DNA of 64,000 nt from IMG/VR virus record IMGVR_UViG_2595698834_000001, positions 1 through 64,000 of that record; one strand, written 5' to 3'. Positions 35,211 through 45,990 of this stretch are shown one piece after another; positions within the stretch are counted from its first letter, which is position 1; every line of letters begins with the position of its first letter. The translations under genes and the position numbers were made by a program. This DNA is from a virus. Its lineage: Duplodnaviria > Caudoviricetes. The notes beneath the pieces were generated by a model. It was not told the DNA's origin and made no database searches. It was given only the letters and a program-made list of their open reading frames with translations.

Positions 35211-35271
35211 TAAAATCCTCTCCAGTCGTCTCGTATTATTGATAGTAGATTATTGTTTTTATATCACCTGC

Positions 35272-35940
35272 TTATAGAGTAACGTTTGTACCTTTTAGTA
35301 CAGTAAACTTAACTGTAGGGTTTCCTACGTCATCGACGCCCATCTGAATGTCTGTAATATTTTCAAGTGGAATGCTTACCTTTCTCACTCGAGATGGATC
35401 AGACACAACAATATCAGCACTAGGTGGTCTCGTCCAGTCCGACACTGAAGGCGTTTTGTTCTTATCTACTAACATAATGTTACGGGAATTATCTAGTGTG
35501 GCAGATTTACTGCCTCTATCTGCTACTTTGCGAGTTGCAACTTTTCGATCTACTTTAAATTCATTCAAGATTGTGTATGTGCCGTGCTTGTTGATATTGT
35601 ACTTCTTGTATATGTCATTTAAGTTCATGCCATTTTCATAGTCTGTAACGAGGTTACGCTTGTCTTTCTTGGTCATCTCCTGTAGTCTTTTCCCGGCTTT
35701 AGAATTTTTAATTCTTCCGTTACGCAAGGGTAGGCTGTGCCTAGTAATAATTTCATACATCTTGCCTGAAGAGATTTTAAATGTGTCTTGAATTTCTCCT
35801 ACAGTATGACCCTCCGAATACATCCTGACGATAGCAGCTTCAGAAGCTACGTCTTCCGCAGAAACGTTTGTTGTTGCGAATGCTTTAGCTTCTTCTTTTG
35901 TAAACTCCTCGAATGGTGGTGGTACGTGCCCTTTGCTCAT
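35272..35940 (-). CDS. double-HTH DNA-binding protein
   Basis: IVRMYSEGHTVGEIQDTFKIS and LVTDYENGMNLNDIYKKYNI repeats. Confidence 0.75.
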   Translation of the reverse strand: MSKGHVPPPFEEFTKEEAKAFATTNVSAEDVASEAAIVRMYSEGHTVGEIQDTFKISSGKMYEIITRHSLPLRNGRIKNSKAGKRLQEMTKKDKRNLVTDYENGMNLNDIYKKYNINKHGTYTILNEFKVDRKVATRKVADRGSKSATLDNSRNIMLVDKNKTPSVSDWTRPPSADIVVSDPSRVRKVSIPLENITDIQMGVDDVGNPTVKFTVLKGTNVTL

Positions 35941-36036
35941 ATGTTATACTCCTCCTATAAATGATATAAATAGAGTGTAACACGACTATATGATACTGTC
36001 AACCTACTAAATAAAAAAAAGAGCCAATATAGGCTC

Positions 36037-36891
36037 TTACATAACGACGTTTAACTCAATAGAGTTATGGGTGCTGTCTAACTTTAGAATGTACCCGCCC
36101 GTTACGGCATCTACGGTCATTCTATAGTCTTGGAGGGAAGCATACGGGAGTTTAAAATAGTGCTGATCGGTACTGAAGATGTAGTCTCCTTCCATATTCT
36201 CCATTAGACTAACAACGCCCTCGATTGGCACACAGACGCTTCGTAGCCCCTCTTTTTTGGACTCTACCTTCAAAGATACGATATGAGTACCAAGTAAGTT
36301 GTCATCGCTCATAAGCTCGAATAAAGGTGCAAAGCCAACCATAGTTAGCTCCTTGTCTAAGAAGTTACCAAGGAATTTTAAGGCGCCGCTCGTACCGTAC
36401 AGAAGTGCTACAGTATGGTCGATTACCTCATCGAACCGCTCTGTTAGATAAAGGATTGTAAACTTTTCTTTTTGAATAGTAAACTCTCTATACTGGACTG
36501 TGGGATTCTTCATATTCAACACAAGGCTTGCGTCAGCTAGATGGTAAGTAGCGGTTATAGGCTGCTGTGGGCTGTTATCTAAAAAGTCCGGATTCTCCTC
36601 AGACTGTTCATACCCCGGAATGTCTCCAGCCTCGTAACGTACCAAGAAGTCAAGAGTATTATCTAACTCAAACCGTGCATTTTTTTCAATAAGCATAGAA
36701 AGAGTTAGATTAACCTGACTATTTGTAATATCTAGTTTATTTACCAGCGCATGTGAACGGCAGGCTACTCGTCGACTAAGGAATGGATTCGTATAACTTA
36801 CTCCATAAAGTTTTAACTTATCGTTCTCCTCAAAGTTTCGTAGTTTCATTAAAGTTGCGTTTAGTAGTCTAGTTTCTTTAATCTTTACCAT
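36037..36891 (-). CDS. conserved hypothetical protein
   Basis: ORF track. Confidence 0.75.
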   Translation of the reverse strand: MVKIKETRLLNATLMKLRNFEENDKLKLYGVSYTNPFLSRRVACRSHALVNKLDITNSQVNLTLSMLIEKNARFELDNTLDFLVRYEAGDIPGYEQSEENPDFLDNSPQQPITATYHLADASLVLNMKNPTVQYREFTIQKEKFTILYLTERFDEVIDHTVALLYGTSGALKFLGNFLDKELTMVGFAPLFELMSDDNLLGTHIVSLKVESKKEGLRSVCVPIEGVVSLMENMEGDYIFSTDQHYFKLPYASLQDYRMTVDAVTGGYILKLDSTHNSIELNVVM

Positions 36892-37421
36892 TAGTGTTTT
36901 CCCCTCTCTCGGTTATAGTATGAGTTACGACTAGTTTGTTGTTTTTGGCTCTTAGTCTTCGACTTGAACCCTATGTTGCGGCTAAAAGCCTTCTGCGGGC
37001 TCTTTATGGCGTTTTTCTTGACTTGGAGTACAAATACAAGCATGTTACCTTTAATCAGCCTCTGCGTCCGTATAGATAGCTTTCCGTAGATGTCTTTGCC
37101 TACCCTTATGTAATAAACTTCATCTCGTGCAGTTAGGGTCTGCTCACCTGTAGACTTTTTCATTTTTAAGGTGAGCATATCTACAGGTATTCCAGCATAT
37201 TGAGATACGAGATCGGTGCCATATACCTTCCGGAGCTCCACATCCTTCTCAGATAAACCTTCATACATTCGTGTAAACTCTATATGGTAATGACCTTTTG
37301 TGCTACTAAGAGACTTCTTATAAGCGTCCTTCCCGTTTTCGTTGACTCCTGTTAGTCCTCGTGTAGTTCTTCCTCGGGATTTAGAAAGGTTCAACGGGTT
37401 AGCTTTTTTCTTGTTTGCCAT
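36891..37421 (-). CDS. basic conserved hypothetical protein
   Basis: RBS GAGGAGG. Confidence 0.75.
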   Translation of the reverse strand: MANKKKANPLNLSKSRGRTTRGLTGVNENGKDAYKKSLSSTKGHYHIEFTRMYEGLSEKDVELRKVYGTDLVSQYAGIPVDMLTLKMKKSTGEQTLTARDEVYYIRVGKDIYGKLSIRTQRLIKGNMLVFVLQVKKNAIKSPQKAFSRNIGFKSKTKSQKQQTSRNSYYNRERGKH

Positions 37422-37528
37422 TGCTGTAACCTCCTCTCTTTATTCTATATGATATGATTAATGTTGTCAACAAAAAAAAAGAGGCTACAATATAGATGTC
37501 ACCTCTTTTCCCCTATACTTATATTGTA

Positions 37529-38092
37529 TCATAACTTCTGCGTTGTTCTCGGTTCCATTCCCTCTAAGATACTAATGGCTTCCAAAAGCTTCATACGGTT
37601 TTTATTATACACCTCCATTTCCTTCTCAATGTCACTTACTTGTTTTTTTAGACTAAGCAATGCTTGAGTATGGCTACCAACCATTTCAGATGATCGTTCA
37701 GTATCTGAAGGTGTTTTCGTACTCTCTATATGTGCTGTGGCTTGTTTAACAAATTCATCGTAGTCTTTAGCTTGTTGTTTATCTACTTTGAACCTCTCTT
37801 CTAGCTGCGGTAGCATACTCCAGTGAATTAAAGCTGTTCTTGTTCCTGTAAAATCTTGTGAGTTAAATAGCGGGTTGTTTACATTCTCTGCTAAAATGTT
37901 CTTGATTTGTTTCTCACCTCGAAAAGCAATATATTTATCAGCAGCTAGTTTAACCACAGAGGATCTAACTGCCGCTTTAACTGAAGCTGAATCAGAATAG
38001 TTTGCTGTATCTCGTGTTGAAGAGAACTCAGCTAGTGTAACCCAAAATTCCCTTGCATATCGTACTAAGTTTAACTTGCTCATATATAACAT
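37529..38092 (-). CDS. hypothetical protein
   Basis: RBS AAGGAG. Confidence 0.7.
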   Translation of the reverse strand: MLYMSKLNLVRYAREFWVTLAEFSSTRDTANYSDSASVKAAVRSSVVKLAADKYIAFRGEKQIKNILAENVNNPLFNSQDFTGTRTALIHWSMLPQLEERFKVDKQQAKDYDEFVKQATAHIESTKTPSDTERSSEMVGSHTQALLSLKKQVSDIEKEMEVYNKNRMKLLEAISILEGMEPRTTQKL

Positions 38093-38187
38093 CTCCTTAT
38101 TAGTTAGTTTAACCAGGGGCTAAGTTTCAACCCCTTGTATATTGTATTATATCATGTTGTAACTTAGAAGTATATTTCCTCTATTTT

Positions 38188-38910
38188 CTATCTTTTTTCT
38201 TTAAAATGGTGAAATTTCAAGTGTTTCTCCGGATGCATCTTCCCGGAAATAAAGATATTACAGAGGAGTTTATTGGCTTCCTCCTCACCTAACCGAGACA
38301 CAATAGCGTTTATCATGTCTCCCTTCTTCAGATACTTTTTAGAGGCTCCAGATTGTGTGTATAGCCCGTGGAGTCCATTTGACCTGCTGGCTGCACTATA
38401 AACACTCATACCTTTTTCTTCCTCAAGTGTTTTCATCTGTCTTTTGAAACTACCTAGCAGGTTAGAAATTTCTTCTTTCCATAGCATCTGATATGCGATG
38501 CGGACATTCTTAGTCGGAGATTGTGTTGGCTTCTTATAAACTCCAAGTACTGGTTGTCCTTTGAACTCTGTGTAGGCTAAAATTCCTACGTGGTGGTAAT
38601 TATGTTTTTCTAATACCTCCTCTGTTTTTTCTACATGATCATCGTGGCATAGTACATAGACGTAGTCACAAACAAGACTATAGTTTTTCAGTTGTTTGTT
38701 AAGTCGGCGTACATTGTCTCGCTCTGTTTTTATCTCGACCCCTATAATCCCTCCCCCTTCGGAGAATATAAGACAGTCAGCTATAGTCGAGCTAACAACA
38801 ATACCCTTTTCAAATAGCACTGTACTTTTACTATACCCGTCTGTAACGAAAATATGCCTCTTCTCTAAAATAATTTGTTTAATATCGTCCTCGTAGAACC
38901 TTTTTTCCAT
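38188..38910 (-). CDS. PD-(D/E)XK-like nuclease-fold protein (sce7726-like)
   Basis: E....IADCLI..GVEIKTERD..RL.KQL..Y. Confidence 0.75.
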   Translation of the reverse strand: MEKRFYEDDIKQIILEKRHIFVTDGYSKSTVLFEKGIVVSSTIADCLIFSEGGGIIGVEIKTERDNVRRLNKQLKNYSLVCDYVYVLCHDDHVEKTEEVLEKHNYHHVGILAYTEFKGQPVLGVYKKPTQSPTKNVRIAYQMLWKEEISNLLGSFKRQMKTLEEEKGMSVYSAASRSNGLHGLYTQSGASKKYLKKGDMINAIVSRLGEEEANKLLCNIFISGKMHPEKHLKFHHFKEKR

Positions 38911-39008
38911 AGTTTCTCAGTCCTTATATGTCGAATTATACAATATAGCCCCGAACAGCGTCAACCGTCGAGGCTACAAAAAATATCATTTGAGTGTGCT
39001 ATAGGCTG

Positions 39009-39428
39009 CTATTCGTCTATAGCTACAGTAAGCTTAACTTTCTTACCATAGTGGAAGGCAAAAGCATCTTCTACCAGTTGTGAAAGTACTGTAAGGCTCA
39101 TTGGGTCTACCTTAAAGAAGTTAGTTACCTCATCGTCGTCTTCTATATGAATTTCAAAACTATCCGCTGAGGCGCACATAGTATATCCGAGTATATTGGA
39201 TTCGTCGTCCTTCGCAGCCTTTTCTACTCCAATAACATTATCGTTCTCCCTATCAGTTAGATGAGGAAATCTCTTCGTAAATTCTGTAAATTTTACCGCT
39301 TGTAACTCCTGCTTCAACCTAACAGATCTCCCTACAGCGTCAGTATACTTACTCTTCTCCTTCGCTAGGTTTAAATTAATGTCTTGTAGTTGCTCATGGA
39401 TACTTTTATTGATTTCAGACATTATCAT
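39009..39428 (-). CDS. hypothetical protein, paralog of 39415-39861
   Basis: Shared RFPHLT and L..L.QLV.DA motifs. Confidence 0.7.
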   Translation of the reverse strand: MIMSEINKSIHEQLQDINLNLAKEKSKYTDAVGRSVRLKQELQAVKFTEFTKRFPHLTDRENDNVIGVEKAAKDDESNILGYTMCASADSFEIHIEDDDEVTNFFKVDPMSLTVLSQLVEDAFAFHYGKKVKLTVAIDE

Positions 39429-39861
39429 GCCCTCCTCTGTTAACGGGTAACGTTGGCTTACTAAACAGGGATATGGATGTGTTGTCTAGAGCTGCATTAG
39501 CATCTATAACTAGTTGGTTTAGAAAAGATAAATGTTTTTCTGTCAACCGTATTTCTTTAGACCCCTCTTCGTCAGATACGGTTAACCACATGACTGGTGG
39601 TAGGTTTGTTGAGTTGTGTCGACGTGCAACAAAGGCATACTGGAGGCTCTTCTCCGTTTTGTTGGTTATGCTGTTTTTCATGTCTAGTTGACCACTTACA
39701 CTTCCGTGGCTATGAGCAGTTAAATGAGGGAACCTACTCGATAAGTCAAAGCTCTTAGTTGTAGCTAGCTTTCCTTCTAAAGCTTTAATTCGATCCCTTG
39801 ACGATTCTATTTCCTTCTCTGCTTGTGCTAACTCTGCAATAATCTCTTCTTTAGTTCTCAT
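39415..39861 (-). CDS. hypothetical protein, paralog of 39009-39428
   Basis: Coiled-coil N-terminus and RFPHLT. Confidence 0.7.
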   Translation of the reverse strand: MRTKEEIIAELAQAEKEIESSRDRIKALEGKLATTKSFDLSSRFPHLTAHSHGSVSGQLDMKNSITNKTEKSLQYAFVARRHNSTNLPPVMWLTVSDEEGSKEIRLTEKHLSFLNQLVIDANAALDNTSISLFSKPTLPVNRGGHDNV

Positions 39862-40169
39862 TTTAGCTCCTCCTTTTGGTTGTTATATCCTTCTACTTCA
39901 AAATGAGATGCAAAAATTTTCATCTCATCGAGTCCAATTTTCCTTTGTTGCTTGCATTTTTTACATGTTATAACAAATCTATGACCTACCAATTCATAGC
40001 TAGAACAAAGAAGGTCGCCATCTGCTTCGTACCGGAATTCTATGTCATGTAGAAACCACTGGTGTGGGGCGGTGGTACATAACTGTTCCTTCTCTTGGTT
40101 TGGTTTCTCTATATCCTTCAATGCTACAACATACTTCGGTTGTTGGTTCAGTGGACCTCTATTTTTCAT
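39858..40169 (-). CDS. putative zinc-binding protein
   Basis: C....HQW...CKKC. Confidence 0.65.
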   Translation of the reverse strand: MKNRGPLNQQPKYVVALKDIEKPNQEKEQLCTTAPHQWFLHDIEFRYEADGDLLCSSYELVGHRFVITCKKCKQQRKIGLDEMKIFASHFEVEGYNNQKEELK

Positions 40170-40357
40170 GGGGGCTCCTCCTCCTATATCTTATCTCTAT
40201 AATACAATAAAACTGTCATAGCCAGTAGAATGAACGCTGCTATAACGCCAGTAATCCCTAGTGTACTATACGCAGCAATAATTCCTCCGACCGCACAAGT
40301 TGTAAGAATAATTAAAAGACATACCGTACCTAGAATATCGTGCATCTAATCTCCTCC

Positions 40358-40972
40358 TTACATTCCTTTGTAGGCTCCACCTAGTGGATTATTAGGATTT
40401 TCATTTTTGTCCTCTCCTGTAAAGTCGTAGAAGTCATTTCCACCTCCTGCCGAAAGTGCCTTGACAACGGAATCCGCAGGGATAGATACTTTTTCTTCCC
40501 ACACAATAGAGTCTAGTCCAACAAAAACTCCTGTCGGGGTTCCTCGTTCATACTTTCGCTGTCCTCCTTGCGTAGTCCACCTATCAGGAGTATGTTCGAA
40601 GAACCCGCTACCTAACTTACCACTAAAGGTGTCCAGCTGGTTATGTACTACAGGACATACGAATACAGGAGGTGAAGGTCTCCAGCTCTTTTTCTCTTTT
40701 TTATTGCGAGAATATAGTGAATCTGCGATTCTCCCGAGCGTAGTTTGCTGACTAAATTGGGCTGACTTCTTGGGTATAAACTGCCCTTTCTTCATGGGAG
40801 GGGACTTAGGATCGACTCCTTCTGTTTGAACTTCGAATGCACACACATACGCTGTATCTCGTTCCTTGATTAATTCAATGATGTATACAGGCTTCTTGTC
40901 TACCCAAAGAACGCCACGTCTTACGTACTTTATAAGGGACTCGTCAAGATTAGAAAAGTCTTGTTCACTCAT
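40358..40972 (-). CDS. conserved hypothetical protein
   Basis: ORF track. Confidence 0.75.
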   Translation of the reverse strand: MSEQDFSNLDESLIKYVRRGVLWVDKKPVYIIELIKERDTAYVCAFEVQTEGVDPKSPPMKKGQFIPKKSAQFSQQTTLGRIADSLYSRNKKEKKSWRPSPPVFVCPVVHNQLDTFSGKLGSGFFEHTPDRWTTQGGQRKYERGTPTGVFVGLDSIVWEEKVSIPADSVVKALSAGGGNDFYDFTGEDKNENPNNPLGGAYKGM

Positions 40973-41208
40973 TTAACCTCGCTCCTTTCTTTTAATTTGT
41001 GTCGCTATACTGGTTGCTTTTAATACTACTTTTTCTCGTTCTTCTTTACTTCCAGATTTCCCTACCCGCAGCTCTAGTTCAGGTATAGTAACTCTGTCCT
41101 TCATGAAACCCCTCCGTTCGTTGTCCATATCGTATAGTTTGATTATAGCAGGTAAAAATGACTTTGTCTACTTTAATATAAAGAAAAAAGTAACCAATTG
41201 GCTACTTT

Positions 41209-41589
41209 TTACATCATCCCTTTTAGCTTTTCCTGTAACTCGCTTTTTGCGCTCTTTCGATCTTTAAACGTGCTCACGGAGTATACTGCCCATATAACAA
41301 GATATGTAATGATGTCCATTACAACAGTGAATAGAACAGTCGCGAGAGCGGTAGTTAAAAAGTTCAACGGAACGCCTATGACTACAAACGGTAAATGTAC
41401 CAGCCCGGTAGCAAAGAGGAACCCTACCACAGCAACAAAAAGTACACCAACGAAGAAGCTAACAATTAGAGGGTCCTGACCCGCAGATCTCTTATCTCGA
41501 ATGGTCTTAACTCCTCCGATTACTTGGCTGATAACCATAATACCTAGTATAGTGTAAAGTACTGTCTGTAAAACAAGTAACCCATTCAT
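41209..41589 (-). CDS. membrane protein
   Basis: ATG 41589 with RBS AGGAGG; 3 TM segments. Confidence 0.75.
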   Translation of the reverse strand: MNGLLVLQTVLYTILGIMVISQVIGGVKTIRDKRSAGQDPLIVSFFVGVLFVAVVGFLFATGLVHLPFVVIGVPLNFLTTALATVLFTVVMDIITYLVIWAVYSVSTFKDRKSAKSELQEKLKGMM

Positions 41590-41629
41590 AACTTTCCTCC
41601 TATAAATAAAGGAGAGGCTTGTCCCCTCC

Positions 41630-42970
41630 TTAGTTAATTTTACCGTTCTTATCAAACATAAACTGATTGAATAGGACTGAGCTACGTCCCTCTGTCAGGA
41701 TCATAGCAGACTGCGATGCTGAAGTAGTTGGAAGATTCAGTTCTTTTGAGAAGTTATTAGCCCCCATAGTCGATCCTACATAAACGTGGAATCGGGAGTA
41801 GTCTTCTTGAATAATTCGTCCAGTATGAATGTGCCCCATAATGAAGATGTCGATAGGCTCTTCTTTAATATGTTTAGGGATTTTAACATCATCTTTCTTC
41901 TTCTCAGAATCCCCGTGTTTTACTTTTATGTTTTTTCCGGCGACCTTGATAGTGAACTCATATGTATTTTCTCGGTTGTCTATGTACGTAACGTTCGGAA
42001 GTACTCCAAACTCGTCTTGCATATGGATTAAATGGTCTAAAATTATGTATGTAACGGTATCGTTGTAAATCTTGTCGTTCTTGTTTCCGTTCAACCTGTC
42101 ATGGTTCCCTGCAACCATGCCAAATGTAACATGATGAGATTTTGATAGAGCAGCAAGCATGTCGATTAGTAGCCTGCTAGCTTTAGAAATCTGCTCAGCT
42201 GCTGTGAACTCAGCCTCGAACGCTTGGTTGACGTTTCTCATCGAGATATGCTCAATGATGTCACCTACGTGGAATACGTATAGGTTTTGAATGCTGAAGT
42301 CCTCCATTAGAGTCTCAACTTCATTTACCATTTCCTGTACCTGAGTGCTTAGTTTCTTAAAGTCGTACCCGCCAGTATCTTCATTGTAGACAACTGCTCC
42401 GATGTGCCAGTCCGATACGAGAAGAACTAAGCTCTTATCTCCAGCTTTAGGCTTCGGTTGAGGGGTCTTGATATACTTCATTCGAGGCATATCTTTAAGC
42501 TCTTCAGCTAAGTGCTTTTTTGTACTCTCCATTAAGTGCTTCATGAACACTCCGGTCTTAATAACTTCCCGTAGCTCTCTCGCTCTTGCGTTACCTTCTT
42601 CTTTGTCCATATGGTAAGTGCTAAGCAAGGAGAATAAGTTGTCATCAGCGACTGTTTGTTCATGTTCCTCTTCATATTTAGGGGAGTACTCCTCTCCTAA
42701 AGGGTTCATGGGAATATCATCAACAAGCACTAACTTCTGATATGCCTTACGATACAGACTCTCCAGTTCAGGGTTGCTTGAAAAAGATTCTGCTACTAAT
42801 CTCATTTCCTGAATGTTGGTTCTATCATACCCAAGAGCTTTCAGCATCTTGTTTGCTGGGGCAGCTCTAGGCTGATCATTGATCGCTTTCAAACTCCCCA
42901 TAATTACTGAAATTGCTCCGTTTCGTGTATGTAGTGCCTGTAGTTCTTCAGTTGTTAAGTTTTTACGCAT
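41630..42970 (-). CDS. metallophosphoesterase (Mre11/SbcD-like nuclease)
   Basis: SDWHIG, VGDIIE, GNHD, HGD and GHIH motifs. Confidence 0.9.
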   Translation of the reverse strand: MRKNLTTEELQALHTRNGAISVIMGSLKAINDQPRAAPANKMLKALGYDRTNIQEMRLVAESFSSNPELESLYRKAYQKLVLVDDIPMNPLGEEYSPKYEEEHEQTVADDNLFSLLSTYHMDKEEGNARARELREVIKTGVFMKHLMESTKKHLAEELKDMPRMKYIKTPQPKPKAGDKSLVLLVSDWHIGAVVYNEDTGGYDFKKLSTQVQEMVNEVETLMEDFSIQNLYVFHVGDIIEHISMRNVNQAFEAEFTAAEQISKASRLLIDMLAALSKSHHVTFGMVAGNHDRLNGNKNDKIYNDTVTYIILDHLIHMQDEFGVLPNVTYIDNRENTYEFTIKVAGKNIKVKHGDSEKKKDDVKIPKHIKEEPIDIFIMGHIHTGRIIQEDYSRFHVYVGSTMGANNFSKELNLPTTSASQSAMILTEGRSSVLFNQFMFDKNGKIN

Positions 42971-42988
42971 AAGTCCACTCCTAATAGG

Positions 42989-43270
42989 TTAATTGACCAC
43001 AGAGGTCTCTAATTTGTCGAATCCAAAGGATAAGCATCGTAAAGCAGGTGTGTAAGGCGTACGCACTTGGTACCAAAATTCGTAAAGCTCTCCGAAAATC
43101 TGATATGTGAGGACTACAAGTTCAGCCCAACTATTTTCGATATGTGCGTCCGCATTTTGTTCTTGCAACATACGACCGTGTTTTTCCACAATATCTACAA
43201 TTTCCCCAAATTCCTCATCTGTTGTTACTCCATGTACGCCTGCTAATTCTTTCACTCTATTGTTTGCCAT
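42989..43270 (-). CDS. hypothetical protein
   Basis: RBS GGGAGG. Confidence 0.7.
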   Translation of the reverse strand: MANNRVKELAGVHGVTTDEEFGEIVDIVEKHGRMLQEQNADAHIENSWAELVVLTYQIFGELYEFWYQVRTPYTPALRCLSFGFDKLETSVVN

Positions 43271-43313
43271 TACGCTTATTCCTCCCTATTTCATTATAAC
43301 ATATTTGTAACTA

Positions 43314-44261
43314 CTACTGTATGTTATTCGATAGTTTTTGCAAAATCCAAGCATTCATCAGGCTACCATACTTTGCATCTGTGAATACATTTCCGACTGA
43401 CTCTTTGCCGCCTCCGCCATTAATTGCCTCCGCAATCATTCCAGCGTGTATATCTCTTGTACGGATGGACATCATATCATTTCCTTTAGTCATACGACCT
43501 ACAGCTACAATAACGGGCATAGAAGTCGGTGCGCTCTTTAGAAGGGCGTATGCAAGCTCGTTTATGTACTCCTCGGAGTATAGGGTAATGACAGAACATT
43601 GGTGCCCATTAAACTCAACTATACTCTGCTCTGCCTGCGTTAACTTTCTATCAATGTGATCTTTCATTTTGACCAGTTGCCCTTGAACAAAAGGTGCAAA
43701 TTCCTTAACTGTTTGGTTAAGTGTCCGATCCTTCAGAATCTTTGGAAGCTCTCTGTAGCTAGCTGAGTATAATGCGAGTAGTAGCCTAGTAACATTATTA
43801 TTCTCCCATTCGTATCGTCTGTAGGCATCTACTGCCTCAATGATAGCTCTAGCCTTGTCTGTTTTTTGAGCGTGCTGGCTGAGTCTTGGGTTGCTGAAGA
43901 TATACTCACAAACTCCAACAATAGGATCTCTCTCAGTGTCTACTATAGATGTAATGAACTTACCTTCGATCTCCGAGCCGGATGTAGCTGCATGGATGAA
44001 GTCTTGGAAAGGAACATCATGATGAAAGTAGAACTCTTCTGGTAGCGTATACCCCTTGTAAGGAAGTCCCAGTACAATGTTGGTAGAGTACCCGGAGAAT
44101 AAGTTTATATCTCGGAAGTCTATGTATGCCTCATGCTGAACATCAATATGTAGCTCACTTTCCTTGAAAATCTCTTGGAGAACAGCTACGGAACAAATTC
44201 CTTCGAAAGTTTTAGGAGTAAACACTCTTACTCGCTTCTCCTCCTCCTCGACAGTAGTCAT
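43314..44261 (-). CDS. degenerate DHH/DHHA1 phosphoesterase-like protein
   Basis: MSIRT..IHAGMIAEAINGGG (DHHA1-like); catalytic D/H motifs altered. Confidence 0.65.
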   Translation of the reverse strand: MTTVEEEEKRVRVFTPKTFEGICSVAVLQEIFKESELHIDVQHEAYIDFRDINLFSGYSTNIVLGLPYKGYTLPEEFYFHHDVPFQDFIHAATSGSEIEGKFITSIVDTERDPIVGVCEYIFSNPRLSQHAQKTDKARAIIEAVDAYRRYEWENNNVTRLLLALYSASYRELPKILKDRTLNQTVKEFAPFVQGQLVKMKDHIDRKLTQAEQSIVEFNGHQCSVITLYSEEYINELAYALLKSAPTSMPVIVAVGRMTKGNDMMSIRTRDIHAGMIAEAINGGGGKESVGNVFTDAKYGSLMNAWILQKLSNNIQ

Positions 44262-44445
44262 CTTTAACCTCCTTTGTAAACAGGACTGTAACATCCCTAT
44301 ATACGTTAGTCTAACAGGTACGAGTTGTTTAGTCAACTAAATTTATGAAATTATTTTACGACTTTTTTACAAATAAAAAAAGAGAAGCCCTTTGATGGCT
44401 TCTCTAGTAATATTTGAGTAATACTAAGGTAATAAATCTGAATTT

Positions 44446-44975
44446 TTAGCCTTCAGTTCCTTGACCTTCTGTAGGAGGCTCTTCTGTAGGAGGCTCTTCT
44501 GTAGGAGGCTCCGGAACGGCTGTTTCATCCTTGATATAGTCTGCAATTGCAACTTGGAAGTTATTAACTCCAAGAGAGAACGCAGATTCAGCATAAGCAA
44601 GGAACCCACCTAGCGCATGGCGAGCTTCTGTGCCTGCTGGAACATCAATAGCGTGGTGGTCTTTAAAATGATAAGCATCTCTGTAAATAGGATCATTTTT
44701 TGTTGTAATGTATACAACTTTTCCGTTACCGAAAGTAACAACAGGTTTTTTTCTTCCACCTTTTGTCCTTTACCGTCTTCTGTAATTAGCACAGGAACGA
44801 TATTTAACTGGTTAGCTACTCCACTTTCTACTACTTGGAACACGTACCCTCCTTGGAAGATGTTAGTCGTGTCTTTATATGTTGGGACGTAGCCTGCTGC
44901 TGCCGTTTTAGCAATAATCTGATCTCCTGCTGCGAGGGTGATCGTTTCTTGTGCGAGCAATTCTGTCAGCTTCAT
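44446..44975 (-). CDS. late structural-type protein with a PPTEE tail; needs a -1 shift at A7 (44746-44752)
   Basis: Frame 0 reads to VEEK; the -1 frame continues KPVVTFGNGKVVYITT...EPPTEEPPTEEPPTEGQGTEG to a stop just before a terminator. Confidence 0.7.
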
Positions 44976-44994
44976 AATAATCTCCTTTCTAAAC

Positions 44995-45315
44995 TTAATT
45001 TACTTTGTCTTTCTTCACGTCTACTTGCTTAACTGCTGCCGCTTTGATTCTAGCGGACTTACTTACGTCATGGTTCTTCCAGTAGGCACCTACGAACGCT
45101 GCTACACCGAAGAATAGAGAAACACCTTCATAAAGTCTCTCACTATCTACTGATAAGTTGAAAGCGTCAAAGCCTAAGTAAGCAGCTGCCGCATTAATAA
45201 TCGCAACGATATACACAATTGTGAGTACAACCATCTTCGGCTCTACTTTAGGTGCCTCAGTCGGGACTTCTACTACCTGAGTTACAGTCTCTTTCTTGTT
45301 CTCCATATGTACCAT
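44995..45315 (-). CDS. holin (SPP1-type)
   Basis: Two TM helices, YWKNHDVS..A motif, basic tail. Confidence 0.75.
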   Translation of the reverse strand: MVHMENKKETVTQVVEVPTEAPKVEPKMVVLTIVYIVAIINAAAAYLGFDAFNLSVDSERLYEGVSLFFGVAAFVGAYWKNHDVSKSARIKAAAVKQVDVKKDKVN

Positions 45316-45339
45316 CCTTTCTAGTTATAGGTCTTCTTC

Positions 45340-45349
45340 TAATATAACA
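45340..45349 (-). promoter_or_regulatory. late promoter motif TGTTATATTA
   Basis: Matches the late-promoter motif I recall for Twort-like phages; upstream of the holin. Confidence 0.55.
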
Positions 45350-45357
45350 GAAGACAG

Positions 45358-45990
45358 TTATCCCTTATCGGATAACCGTGTTCTGATGAACTCGTGAATG
45401 TCTTTAATGACTTCTCTAATGCGAGTCGAACTCACACCCTCTTTAGCCCACTTACAGCTCAACTCTGCTACAATTTGAGATTCAGTAAGTTCCTGCATCG
45501 TCAAATAGAGTATTTCTTTCTCTAGTTGTGACATAGTCACGCCTTTCAGTACGTCCTCTAGGATCATGTAGTAATCCAATTCAGAATCATATGACGGATT
45601 GCTGTCCATAATGATTGTTACGTCACCATCGTTCTTAGTGACGAATACACGCTTACGGTCTCGATACTCTCCTTTGATGTAGGAGTGTCGCACTCGATGT
45701 GTGAGCTTTGTTTTTATGTACCCCGGAAAATCAACTGCACCATTAATATGGTACTCTTTCACAAGTCTAACAAATTGTTCGTCAATATAACTTTTTAGCT
45801 CCTCTTGTGTAATACTATCGGGTAAGTAGCTCTTAAACTGGTTAAAAAGGCTGTGACGTAAGTTGCTGTACTGATGTAGCAATTTATCTGTATCCCGTAA
45901 GAAAACTCCAGTGGATTCATCCGTATTCATACCTAGAAACTTGTTACCGTTCAGAATCTGCTCCTGCTCCTTCTCAGGGTTGCGTGCCAA
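45358..45990 (-). CDS. phage (late) sigma factor
   Basis: YIDEQFVRLVKEY..VDFPGYIKTKL; conserved position after RecA in Herelleviridae. Confidence 0.8.
   Translation of the reverse strand: MARNPEKEQEQILNGNKFLGMNTDESTGVFLRDTDKLLHQYSNLRHSLFNQFKSYLPDSITQEELKSYIDEQFVRLVKEYHINGAVDFPGYIKTKLTHRVRHSYIKGEYRDRKRVFVTKNDGDVTIIMDSNPSYDSELDYYMILEDVLKGVTMSQLEKEILYLTMQELTESQIVAELSCKWAKEGVSSTRIREVIKDIHEFIRTRLSDKG

Noticed and set aside
44424-44609. ORF with SLLQK repeats
   Set aside because: It is the wrong frame of the PPTEE repeat of the frameshifted late gene.
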